Of a DNA stretch of 64,000 nt, positions 19,261 to 27,147 are shown piece after piece (position 1 is the stretch's first letter; every line of letters starts with the position of its first letter). The stretch is from a virus (Duplodnaviria; Caudoviricetes). The DNA is taken from positions 15,589 through 79,588 of IMG/VR virus record IMGVR_UViG_3300038530_004004. One strand, written 5' to 3'. The notes beneath the pieces are model-generated. The model searched no databases. It had not been told where the DNA came from and saw nothing but the letters and a program-made list of their open reading frames with translations. Both the position numbers and the translations under genes were made by a program.

Positions 19261-20360
19261 AATATAGTAAATTAGGAAATAGTGAAGATTTAATTTCTGT
19301 TATAGGTTTTGGCACTGGCTTTCATCTTCCTGAAAACGAAAGTGGAACCAGTATAGAACAAACTATAAAAGCGTCTTTAGATAATGGAGTCAATTTTGTT
19401 GACACGGCCCCAGTGTACGGAGATGGAGCATCCGAGAAATTATTGGGTGAAACGTTGTCAAAGATAGGTAGAAAAAATGTTTTTTTGGCGAGTAAGGTAT
19501 CTCCAAAAGATGTGACACATGACGGCGTTATAAAATCTTGTGAAGCTAGTTTAAGTAGATTGCAAACAGATGTGATTGACTTATTACAGGTACACTGGTC
19601 AAATCCAAATATTCCTTTGAGTGAAACACTATCTGGAATGGAAAAACTAGTGAGTGACGGTAAAGTAAGACACATAGGTGTGAGCAACTTTACATTTAAT
19701 GAAGTCGAGCAAACAATATCAAACTTAAAGAACAGTACATTGTCATCAATTCAAACAGAATATAATTTATTTGAGAGATCAATAGAAGAAAAACTATTGC
19801 CTTATTGTGTTGATAATGATATAACTTTAATAGCTTATAGCCCTTTAGCTCAAGGTAAATTGGCAAACGGTAAAAATCAAGTCGATCTGTTACATAAAAT
19901 ATCTAAAAAATATAATTGCACTCCTGGTCAAGTTGTGTTAAACTGGTTAACTGCGCAATCAAGAGTTGTTGTTATTCCTAACACATCTAAAGAAAAACGT
20001 GCAATTGAAAATGCAAAGTCAACAAACTTTAATTTATCACCGGAAGATCTTAAGTTAATTGACGAAAACTTAAAAACCCCAGTGAGCTATGTTGATGTTA
20101 ATGAAATTAAAGTTTCTAATGATTACAACAGAAAAGTTTATACGACTGTTCAAGAAGCTTTAGATAATAAAATGAACTTGACCCCTTCTCCTGTTCAGTT
20201 AGCAGAAGAGATGAAAAAAGGGTTTTTCTTGAAACCAATAAGACTAAAACAAATACAAGATAATAGATACGATTTAATAGAAGGTAGATTAAGATATTGG
20301 GCATGGGTGATAGCGTTTGGTAATAGCAAAAAAATACCAGCGTTGGTTTGGAAGAAATAA
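19257..20360 (+). CDS. Aldo/keto reductase with C-terminal ParB/Srx-like domain
   Basis: VDTAPVYG, LASK, LQVHW, GVSNF, YSPLAQG motifs; tail LAEEMKKGFFLKPIRL...YDLIEGRLRYWA. Confidence 0.88.
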   Translation: MKYSKLGNSEDLISVIGFGTGFHLPENESGTSIEQTIKASLDNGVNFVDTAPVYGDGASEKLLGETLSKIGRKNVFLASKVSPKDVTHDGVIKSCEASLSRLQTDVIDLLQVHWSNPNIPLSETLSGMEKLVSDGKVRHIGVSNFTFNEVEQTISNLKNSTLSSIQTEYNLFERSIEEKLLPYCVDNDITLIAYSPLAQGKLANGKNQVDLLHKISKKYNCTPGQVVLNWLTAQSRVVVIPNTSKEKRAIENAKSTNFNLSPEDLKLIDENLKTPVSYVDVNEIKVSNDYNRKVYTTVQEALDNKMNLTPSPVQLAEEMKKGFFLKPIRLKQIQDNRYDLIEGRLRYWAWVIAFGNSKKIPALVWKK

Positions 20361-20372
20361 AGGAGAGTACTG

Positions 20373-21131
20373 ATGGCTGACAACAACACAAAAATTTTAA
20401 CATATGACAATGAATCAGAAAAAAGTGCAAGAGACGAAATGTATAACCTGCTTAAAAAGTGTCCTATTCCAGAAGAGCAAGTTCTGTCAAATTTGGGACT
20501 ATTTTTAAATTCTAAAAACCTCTCCAGAATATTGTTCATGAATTACATATATCAAAAACAAATTGATGTGCATGGTGTATTAATGGAGTTTGGCACTAGA
20601 TGGGGCCAAAATGTAGCTTTGTTTGCTGCTCTGCGCGGGATGTATGAGCCATTTAATAGACATAAAAAGCTGATAGCTTTTGATACATTTGAAGGCTTTC
20701 CAGAAATTACCGAAGAGGACGGTACTTCATCAATGATGGTTAAAGGAGAACTGGCATTGACAACTGATTATGATAAGTATCTATCTGAAGTTGTTCAGAA
20801 TATTGAAAATGATAATCCTCTATCTCACATTAAAAAGTTTGAACTCGTAAAAGGTGATGCTACAAAAACAATACACACGTATTTGAAAGACAATCCTGAA
20901 ACGATTGTTTCTTTAGCTTATTTCGATTTTGATTTGTATAAACCTACTAAAGAGTGTTTAGAGGCTATTAAGCCTAGACTAACAAAAGGCAGTGTAGTTG
21001 CTTTTGATGAATTGAATGATCCTGACTCACCGGGAGAAACTTTAGCTTTGATGGAAGTTTTTGGTTTGCAGAATGTAAAACTAAAGCGCTTTCCTTATGC
21101 TTCCCGCGTTTCATATTTCATAGTGGAGTAA
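20373..21131 (+). CDS. TylF/MycF/NovP-family sugar O-methyltransferase
   Basis: MEFGTRWG, FDTFEGFP, LVKGD, YFDFDLYKPT and VVAFDE motifs. Confidence 0.82.
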   Translation: MADNNTKILTYDNESEKSARDEMYNLLKKCPIPEEQVLSNLGLFLNSKNLSRILFMNYIYQKQIDVHGVLMEFGTRWGQNVALFAALRGMYEPFNRHKKLIAFDTFEGFPEITEEDGTSSMMVKGELALTTDYDKYLSEVVQNIENDNPLSHIKKFELVKGDATKTIHTYLKDNPETIVSLAYFDFDLYKPTKECLEAIKPRLTKGSVVAFDELNDPDSPGETLALMEVFGLQNVKLKRFPYASRVSYFIVE

Positions 21132-21134
21132 AAA

Positions 21135-22124
21135 ATGAAAAATATTTTAGATAATTCGAAAGTGTTGGTTACTGGTGGCACCGGAATGATTGGCCGCTAT
21201 TTGGTTGATAAACTGTTGGCAAAAAAATGCCAAGTGACAGTTGTATCTTTGGACGATCCTGGTGATTTACCGTCTGAAGTAAAGTTTATGAAATTAGACT
21301 TAACTGTTTTAGAAAACTGTATGAAAGCGTGCGAAGGCCAAGATTACGTTTTTAATCTTATTGGAATCAAAGGCTCTCCAAAAATGTCTCGTGAAAAACC
21401 AGCGAGTTTTATGGTACCCATGCTTATGTTTAATACCGCCATGATGGAAGCAGCAATGCGATGCAATGTCAAATGGTATCTCTATACTAGTTCTGTCGGT
21501 GTATATCATCCTGCAGAGGTGTTTAAAGAAGACGATGTTTGGAAAACTTTCCCATCGGATAATGACAAGCACCCTGGCTGGGCGAAAAGAATCGGTGAAC
21601 TTCAAGCTGATGCGTATAAAATTCAATACGGAAGAGATAATATTTCTATAGTAAGACCAGCAAATGTATACGGTAAGTGGGATAACTTTGACCCGGAGAA
21701 CGCAATGGTTGTTCCATCTTTGATAAACAGAATTGTTTCGGGTGAATCTCCGCTAGTCTGTTGGGGCGACGGCACGCCAATTAGAGATTTTATTTATGCT
21801 GGTGATTGCGCTGAAGGCATGATACACATGGTTGAAAATGGTGTAACAGACCCAGTTAATTTAGGCAGCGGTGATGGCGTCTCCATTAAAGAGGTTGCAG
21901 AAACAATCCGTGATTGTTTTAATAAAGAAGTTGGTATTGAATGGGATGTAACAAAGCCAAAAGGTGATGCAAGAAGGTTAATGGATACCACACGAGCAGA
22001 AAGTCATGGATTTAAATGTTCTACTTCCATTAAAGATGGCGTTAGGGAAACGTTGGAGTGGTTCTTACAAAATCGTGACTTATACAAAACAAGAAACAAC
22101 TATTTTAAAGGAAATGAAAGTTGA
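21135..22124 (+). CDS. Extended SDR, Fcl-like epimerase/reductase, atypical active site; close paralog of 16772-17749
   Basis: GGTGMIG, TSSVGVY, NVYGKWD, WGDGTPIRDFIY and EWDVTKP motifs; the YxxxK position reads PGWAK. Confidence 0.82.
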   Translation: MKNILDNSKVLVTGGTGMIGRYLVDKLLAKKCQVTVVSLDDPGDLPSEVKFMKLDLTVLENCMKACEGQDYVFNLIGIKGSPKMSREKPASFMVPMLMFNTAMMEAAMRCNVKWYLYTSSVGVYHPAEVFKEDDVWKTFPSDNDKHPGWAKRIGELQADAYKIQYGRDNISIVRPANVYGKWDNFDPENAMVVPSLINRIVSGESPLVCWGDGTPIRDFIYAGDCAEGMIHMVENGVTDPVNLGSGDGVSIKEVAETIRDCFNKEVGIEWDVTKPKGDARRLMDTTRAESHGFKCSTSIKDGVRETLEWFLQNRDLYKTRNNYFKGNES

Positions 22125-22636
22125 TAATTAAAGATACCAAGCTACATGGAGTAAAGTTAATAATTCCAGAGGTTTTTGAAGATCACCGCGGTTCTTATGT
22201 AGAATTGTATGATAGTGAGAAATTTAACTCGGCTATTGGTGAAGTTAATTTTGTTCAAGACGATATATCAATTTCTAGAAGAAATGTCCTTAGAGGTCTA
22301 CACGGCGACTTCAAAACAACAAAACTAGTTACGGTCTTAAAGGGTAGTGGATATGCACTGATCGCTGATAATAGAACATATTCTCCTACCTACAAAAAAT
22401 GGCAAGCATTTACTCTTAATGGAGAAAACAGAAAACAATTATTGTTACCACCAGGAATAGGTAATTCTATACTTGCATTAGACGAAGAAATAGTGTATTA
22501 TTACAAACAAGATACTCATTTTACAGATGGCAAACAGTTTACCATTAAGTGGAATGATAGTGATTGGGATTTTTGGTGGCCAATAAAAAACCCCATACTT
22601 TCAATGAGAGATGAAAAGGGAGATTATGTCAGTTAA
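22121..22636 (+). CDS. rmlC: NDP-4-keto-6-deoxy-sugar 3,5-epimerase (RmlC/RfbC cupin)
   Basis: FEDHRG, FVQDDISISRRNVLRGLH, KLVTV and WPIKNPILSMRD motifs. Confidence 0.88.
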   Translation: MIIKDTKLHGVKLIIPEVFEDHRGSYVELYDSEKFNSAIGEVNFVQDDISISRRNVLRGLHGDFKTTKLVTVLKGSGYALIADNRTYSPTYKKWQAFTLNGENRKQLLLPPGIGNSILALDEEIVYYYKQDTHFTDGKQFTIKWNDSDWDFWWPIKNPILSMRDEKGDYVS

Positions 22637-23636
22637 TTGTTTAATTACAGGTATTACAGGGATGGTTGGTTCCCATCTGGCTGATTTTTTATTAGAAAAA
22701 ACAGACTGGAATGTTTTTGGGTTAATGAGGTGGAATGACAGAACTGATAATATAGAGCACTTATTCCCAAGAATAAATGATAAAAATAGAGTTTTTTTAG
22801 AATATGGGGACATTAATGACTTATCATCATTGTTGCATGTTTTTGATAAAGTAAAACCTGATTATGTTTTTCATTTGGCCGCTCAAAGCTACCCAAAAAC
22901 TAGTTTTGAATCTCCTCTAGAAACACTAGAGACTAATATTCTTGGGACAGCAAAAGTATTAGATGCAATAAAAAAACTTAATTTGAATCCTGTTATTCAT
23001 GTTTGTGCATCATCAGAGGTTTTTGGTAGAGTGCCAAAAGAGTTGTTACCAATCCATGAGGACGTTACGTTCCACCCGGCTTCTCCATATGCTATATCAA
23101 AAGTAGGAACAGACCTAATAGGTCGCTTTTATGCTGAAGCATATGGATTAACAGTAATGACAACCAGAATGTTCACCCACACAGGCCCCCGGCGCGGTGA
23201 CGTCTTTGCAGAATCAACCTTTGCAAAGCAGATTGCAATGATAGAGGCTGGATTGCAAGAGCCCGTTATTAAAGTTGGTAATTTAAATTCTTTAAGAACT
23301 TGGTCTGATGTTCGTGATGCAGTGAGAGCATATTATCTTCTGGTTACTAAAAACCCTACGGCTGGTGAATATTATAATATAGGCGGTTCCTTTACATGTA
23401 GTGTCAAAGAAATGTTGGACTATTTGATATCTTTATCAACTGTTAGAAATATCTCAATAGAAATAGACCCAGAAAGATTACGCCCCATAGATGCTGATCT
23501 TCAAGTGCCAAACACTGATAAGTTTAAATCACATACAGGCTGGCAACCACAAATTAGTTTTGAAAAAACTATGTTAGATTTGTTAAACTATTGGAGAGAT
23601 AAGATAAGTGGAAACAAGAACTTTCTCATCAGGTAA
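22626..23636 (+). CDS. GDP-sugar 4,6-dehydratase, DmhA/WcbK (GDP-manno-heptose) subfamily of Gmd-like enzymes
   Basis: GITGMVGSHLAD, HLAAQSYP, SSEVFG, SPYAISK, THTGPRRGDVFAESTFAKQIA and RLRPID motifs; strongly resembles the Yersinia DmhA sequence as recalled. Confidence 0.85.
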   Translation: MSVNCLITGITGMVGSHLADFLLEKTDWNVFGLMRWNDRTDNIEHLFPRINDKNRVFLEYGDINDLSSLLHVFDKVKPDYVFHLAAQSYPKTSFESPLETLETNILGTAKVLDAIKKLNLNPVIHVCASSEVFGRVPKELLPIHEDVTFHPASPYAISKVGTDLIGRFYAEAYGLTVMTTRMFTHTGPRRGDVFAESTFAKQIAMIEAGLQEPVIKVGNLNSLRTWSDVRDAVRAYYLLVTKNPTAGEYYNIGGSFTCSVKEMLDYLISLSTVRNISIEIDPERLRPIDADLQVPNTDKFKSHTGWQPQISFEKTMLDLLNYWRDKISGNKNFLIR

Positions 23637-23639
23637 AGA

Positions 23640-24377
23640 ATGAAAAACGATGTATTAGTAATAGGAGAATCTTGTGTTGATGTTTTTTGTTATGGATCTT
23701 GCCATAGACTAGCACCGGCAGCGCCAGCACCGGTTTTTGTTCCCATGGATCAAACTTCAAACCCTGGTATGGCCATGAATGTCCAAAGAAATTTAAAATC
23801 TTTAGGGGTTTCTTGTTCAATTCACACTAATGACAACTGGCAATCAGTTTCAAAAACAAGATATGTCCACCTAGATACAAATCAAATGTTTTTAAGGGTT
23901 GATAAGAATGATGATGAGATAAATAAATGTGATTTAAAACAAATCAATTTGGATGAATATAAAATAATAGTTATATCTGATTATAATAAAGGTTTTTTAT
24001 CAAAAGAAGATATTGAAATTATATGCGCTAATCATTCTAACGTTTTTTTAGATACAAAGAAAAAATTAGGAAATTGGTGTGTAAATTCAAAATTTATAAA
24101 AATAAACAAAAAAGAATATAATGATTCAAGAGATACGCTCCCAAAAGATATAATGAACAAATTAATAGTAACTTTAGGTGAAAACGGCTGCATGTATAAA
24201 GGAGAAGTATTTTCAGTGGAAAAGGTAGAAATTAAAGATGTGTCCGGCGCAGGAGACACTTTTTTCGCAGGATTAATTACTAAATATTTGAATACTGGTG
24301 ATATTTTTAAATCAATTAAGTTTGCAAATGAATGCGCTAGCAAAGTTGTGCAAAGAAAAGGTGTTTCGATAGTATGA
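23640..24377 (+). CDS. Heptose-7-phosphate kinase, RfaE/HldE domain I (PfkB family)
   Basis: VIGESCVD, RLAPAAPAPV, GMAMNV, KTRY, ISDYNKG and DVSGAGDTF motifs. Confidence 0.88.
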   Translation: MKNDVLVIGESCVDVFCYGSCHRLAPAAPAPVFVPMDQTSNPGMAMNVQRNLKSLGVSCSIHTNDNWQSVSKTRYVHLDTNQMFLRVDKNDDEINKCDLKQINLDEYKIIVISDYNKGFLSKEDIEIICANHSNVFLDTKKKLGNWCVNSKFIKINKKEYNDSRDTLPKDIMNKLIVTLGENGCMYKGEVFSVEKVEIKDVSGAGDTFFAGLITKYLNTGDIFKSIKFANECASKVVQRKGVSIV

Positions 24378-25081
24378 AAAAAGTTTTTACAAATGGATGC
24401 TTTGATATATTACACAGAGGTCACATCGAACTTTTGCAATATTGTAAAACTCTAGGCACTGTAATTGTTGGATTAAACAGTGATAATAGTGTAAGAAGAC
24501 TAAAAGGCTCGCAAAGGCCCATAAACAAACAAAAAGATAGAAAAAAACTTCTTGAGGCTCTCGATTGTGTAGACCATGTTGTTATTTTTTCTGAAAACAC
24601 TCCATTAGAATTAATAAAAGAGATAAAACCTGATATAATTGTAAAAGGTGGAGATTATAAAGAAAGTGAAGTTGTGGGCTCCGATTTAGCAGAAGTAAAA
24701 ATATTTAATTTTATTGAGGGGTATTCAACCACTAAAACTATTTCAAAAGTAACAAACAAAAAAACTTACGTCGTTGACATAGATGGCACGATATGTACAA
24801 ACACAAATGGAGATTATGAAAACGCAAAGCCTCTATATGATAGAATAAATAAAATTAATCAATTATACAGTTTAGGAAATACAATAATATTTCAAACTGC
24901 AAGAGGAATGGGAAGACACAATAACAAAGCAGATCTTGCGCGCTATGATTTTTATAATTTTACAAAAAAACAGCTTGATTCTTGGGGCGTAAAATACCAC
25001 CAGCTTTTTCTAGGAAAGCCGGCAGGAGATAAATACATAGACGATAAAGGAATAACTGATGTCGAATTCTTTAGAGATTAA
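24374..25081 (+). CDS. Heptose-1-phosphate nucleotidyltransferase (RfaE/HldE domain II) fused to a BcbF/EcbF-like HAD phosphatase
   Basis: N-domain FTNGCFDILHRGH, GLNSD, KGGDY, EGYSTT; C-domain VVDIDGT, TARG, GKP, YIDDK. Confidence 0.88.
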   Translation: MKKVFTNGCFDILHRGHIELLQYCKTLGTVIVGLNSDNSVRRLKGSQRPINKQKDRKKLLEALDCVDHVVIFSENTPLELIKEIKPDIIVKGGDYKESEVVGSDLAEVKIFNFIEGYSTTKTISKVTNKKTYVVDIDGTICTNTNGDYENAKPLYDRINKINQLYSLGNTIIFQTARGMGRHNNKADLARYDFYNFTKKQLDSWGVKYHQLFLGKPAGDKYIDDKGITDVEFFRD

Positions 25082-25418
25082 ATTTGTTTCAAAAGGCTGG
25101 GGCTTTGAAAAATGGATTGTTAATAAGCCAGAGTATTGTGGAAAACTACTGTTTTTTAAAAATGGAAAAAGGTGCTCATGGCACTATCACAAAATAAAAG
25201 ATGAAGTATTTTATTTACAATCAGGCAAACTAATGGTTTATTATTCAGACGACGATGAAATAAACAACGCAAAACAGAAAATTTTGTTGCCTGGGGATAA
25301 TTTTCACGTTTATGTTGGCTTAAGACACCAGATGGTAGCGCTTGAAGATTCCGAATTATTTGAGTTTTCAACACAACATTTTGATGAGGATAGTTATAGA
25401 ATTTTAAAAGGAGACTAA
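25059..25418 (+). CDS. Cupin, sugar(-phosphate) isomerase-like
   Basis: KGWGFEKWIVN..YCGK, CSWHYHKIKDE and HQMVA cupin metal-binding motifs. Confidence 0.75.
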   Translation: MSNSLEIKFVSKGWGFEKWIVNKPEYCGKLLFFKNGKRCSWHYHKIKDEVFYLQSGKLMVYYSDDDEINNAKQKILLPGDNFHVYVGLRHQMVALEDSELFEFSTQHFDEDSYRILKGD

Positions 25419-25419
25419 T

Positions 25420-25641
25420 ATGAGTGAGATAAAACATACAAATTTATCAAAACAAGCGATTGGCGCATTGATGATGGCATTACAAAAATCCTTAATGGAA
25501 CAATCCGACATTGTACCGGTTTTACAAGGGTTTAAGATGTCAAATTCTCCAGAAGGATTGGTTGTTTTAAATCCACCCATAGTTAAACTTAATGAAAAAA
25601 CAACTGCCGATTGGGACGTCATATGTGACCAACCGGAGTAA
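25420..25641 (+). CDS. Hypothetical protein
   Basis: GGAG upstream; tightly packed ORF. Confidence 0.65.
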   Translation: MSEIKHTNLSKQAIGALMMALQKSLMEQSDIVPVLQGFKMSNSPEGLVVLNPPIVKLNEKTTADWDVICDQPE

Positions 25642-25652
25642 GGAGAATTAAA

Positions 25653-25901
25653 TTGCCTATTTATGTTTACCAGTGTGGAGATTGCTTGGGAGAGTGGAAA
25701 GAAAACCACTTGATGGGCGAAACGATAGAAGACTGCCCTTGGTGTGATTCTAAAAACATCGGAAGAAAACCAACAAACTTTTCTTATAATGCCAAAAAAC
25801 AAAAGAAAAAAAGCAAAACTGGTGATCTAACAGAGGAGTTTATTAAAAACTCTAAAGAGGATTTAAAAAATCAAAAAAAGGAACTAGATAATAGCAGATG
25901 A
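25653..25901 (+). CDS. FmdB-family zinc-ribbon protein
   Basis: MPIYVYQCGDC...CPWCDS, the CxxC-CxxC pattern of FmdB/CxxC_CXXC_SSSS. Confidence 0.8.
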   Translation: MPIYVYQCGDCLGEWKENHLMGETIEDCPWCDSKNIGRKPTNFSYNAKKQKKKSKTGDLTEEFIKNSKEDLKNQKKELDNSR

Positions 25902-26185
25902 CGCACTTTTTCTTGGCCCTCTCAATAATCTTTAACTTTGTTTTAGTATGGTATGTTGTTAAGCTTTTAAATCGATTTTTAACTTTTCAAGATGAGTTAG
26001 ATAATTTTAGTGAAACTTTAGAAGAATACCAAGTACACATTGAGATTGTAAACAAACTTGAACGTTTTTATGGTGATGAAACTTTAGGAAATCTACTTCG
26101 TCACTCAAAAGCACTTGTTGAGGAGTGTCAAAGTTTTCAAAGTGTCTTAAGACAAGAGGAAGAATATGCCGAGGAAGAGAACTAA
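25898..26185 (+). CDS. Hypothetical protein with N-terminal transmembrane helix
   Basis: FFLALSIIFNFVLVWYVV hydrophobic stretch followed by an amphipathic helix. Confidence 0.6.
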   Translation: MTHFFLALSIIFNFVLVWYVVKLLNRFLTFQDELDNFSETLEEYQVHIEIVNKLERFYGDETLGNLLRHSKALVEECQSFQSVLRQEEEYAEEEN

Positions 26186-26864
26186 AAACCATTATTTCAG
26201 AAAAGAACATCAAGATGCAATAGTTCAATATTGCCAAACACAAGATCCCAAGATAAGAAATGAGCTATATAAAGTTTATATCGGCCCAGTTTTTGATGAG
26301 ATGGTCGATAAAATAGTCTACACTTATAAATTTACTTCGCTCCCAAATATTGACTCCCTTAAAGAAGATTGCAAAAACTGGTTAATTACAGTTTTAAACA
26401 ATTTTGATCCCGAGAAAGGTTCCAAAGCATTTACCTATTTTAGTGTCGTGTCTAAAAATTGGTTTATTGCCGAGGTAAAGAAAACCTCCAAAAAAGCAAA
26501 GAGAGAGACACATTTAGAAGAATATTTTTTAACTCAAACAGAACAATCAAACACACCCGCCATTCAAAAATTAGTTGTGCATAATACCTACATTGAGGAT
26601 CGCAACAAACATGAATTCTTTTTATATCTTAATAAAGAAATACAATCTTGGAAAAAAATGCCACTCCGAGAAAATGAAGTTAAGACCATTCAAGCGATTG
26701 AAATTCTTTTTAGCGAAGCAAACAATATAGAGATTTTTAATAAAAAAGCTATTTACTTGTATATCAGAGAAATTACCGGCTTGAATACAAAGCAAGTTGT
26801 AAGCTCTCTAAACAAAGTAAGAAAACGTTACGCGGAGTTTAAAAAAGAATGGGACGATCAGTAA
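26166..26864 (+). CDS. Phage RNA polymerase sigma-like factor (gp55/sigma70 region-2-like, with C-terminal HTH)
   Basis: NHYF..EHQDAIVQY at the N-terminus; NFDPEKGSKAFTYFSVVSKNWF (sigma region 2); IYLYIREITGLNTKQVVSSLNKVR (HTH-like). Confidence 0.7.
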   Translation: MPRKRTKNHYFRKEHQDAIVQYCQTQDPKIRNELYKVYIGPVFDEMVDKIVYTYKFTSLPNIDSLKEDCKNWLITVLNNFDPEKGSKAFTYFSVVSKNWFIAEVKKTSKKAKRETHLEEYFLTQTEQSNTPAIQKLVVHNTYIEDRNKHEFFLYLNKEIQSWKKMPLRENEVKTIQAIEILFSEANNIEIFNKKAIYLYIREITGLNTKQVVSSLNKVRKRYAEFKKEWDDQ

Positions 26865-27145
26865 AAGAATTAGAGACTTACATACAAGAAGCAATTCAAA
26901 ACATACGTGATGATCGCGACATTACCTCCACTTTACTTACTCAAGTGTTTGCAGAAATAACCAACGGGTCAGAAACTCACAAAGATCTAGGTTTCATCGC
27001 AGCTAAATATGTAGAAACTTTACAACGATCCAATGAACAATTAGTAAAACTTACGTCCATTATGGCCAAGAAAACTGATTCTGGTGTACAACTATCAGAA
27101 GAAGATAAAAGAGAGCTTTTTGATGTAATACAAGGGGATAAATAA
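26849..27145 (+). CDS. Hypothetical helical protein
   Basis: Coupled ORF between the sigma gene and the structural module. Confidence 0.65.
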   Translation: MGRSVKELETYIQEAIQNIRDDRDITSTLLTQVFAEITNGSETHKDLGFIAAKYVETLQRSNEQLVKLTSIMAKKTDSGVQLSEEDKRELFDVIQGDK

Positions 27146-27147
27146 GT

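Noticed and set aside
16772-22124. Near-repeated DNA segments (e.g. ~17581 vs ~21940) as DGR template/variable repeats
   Set aside because: They are explained by paralogy of two SDR genes (EWDVTKP, RDFIY); there is no adenine-specific mismatch pattern and no reverse transcriptase in the window.
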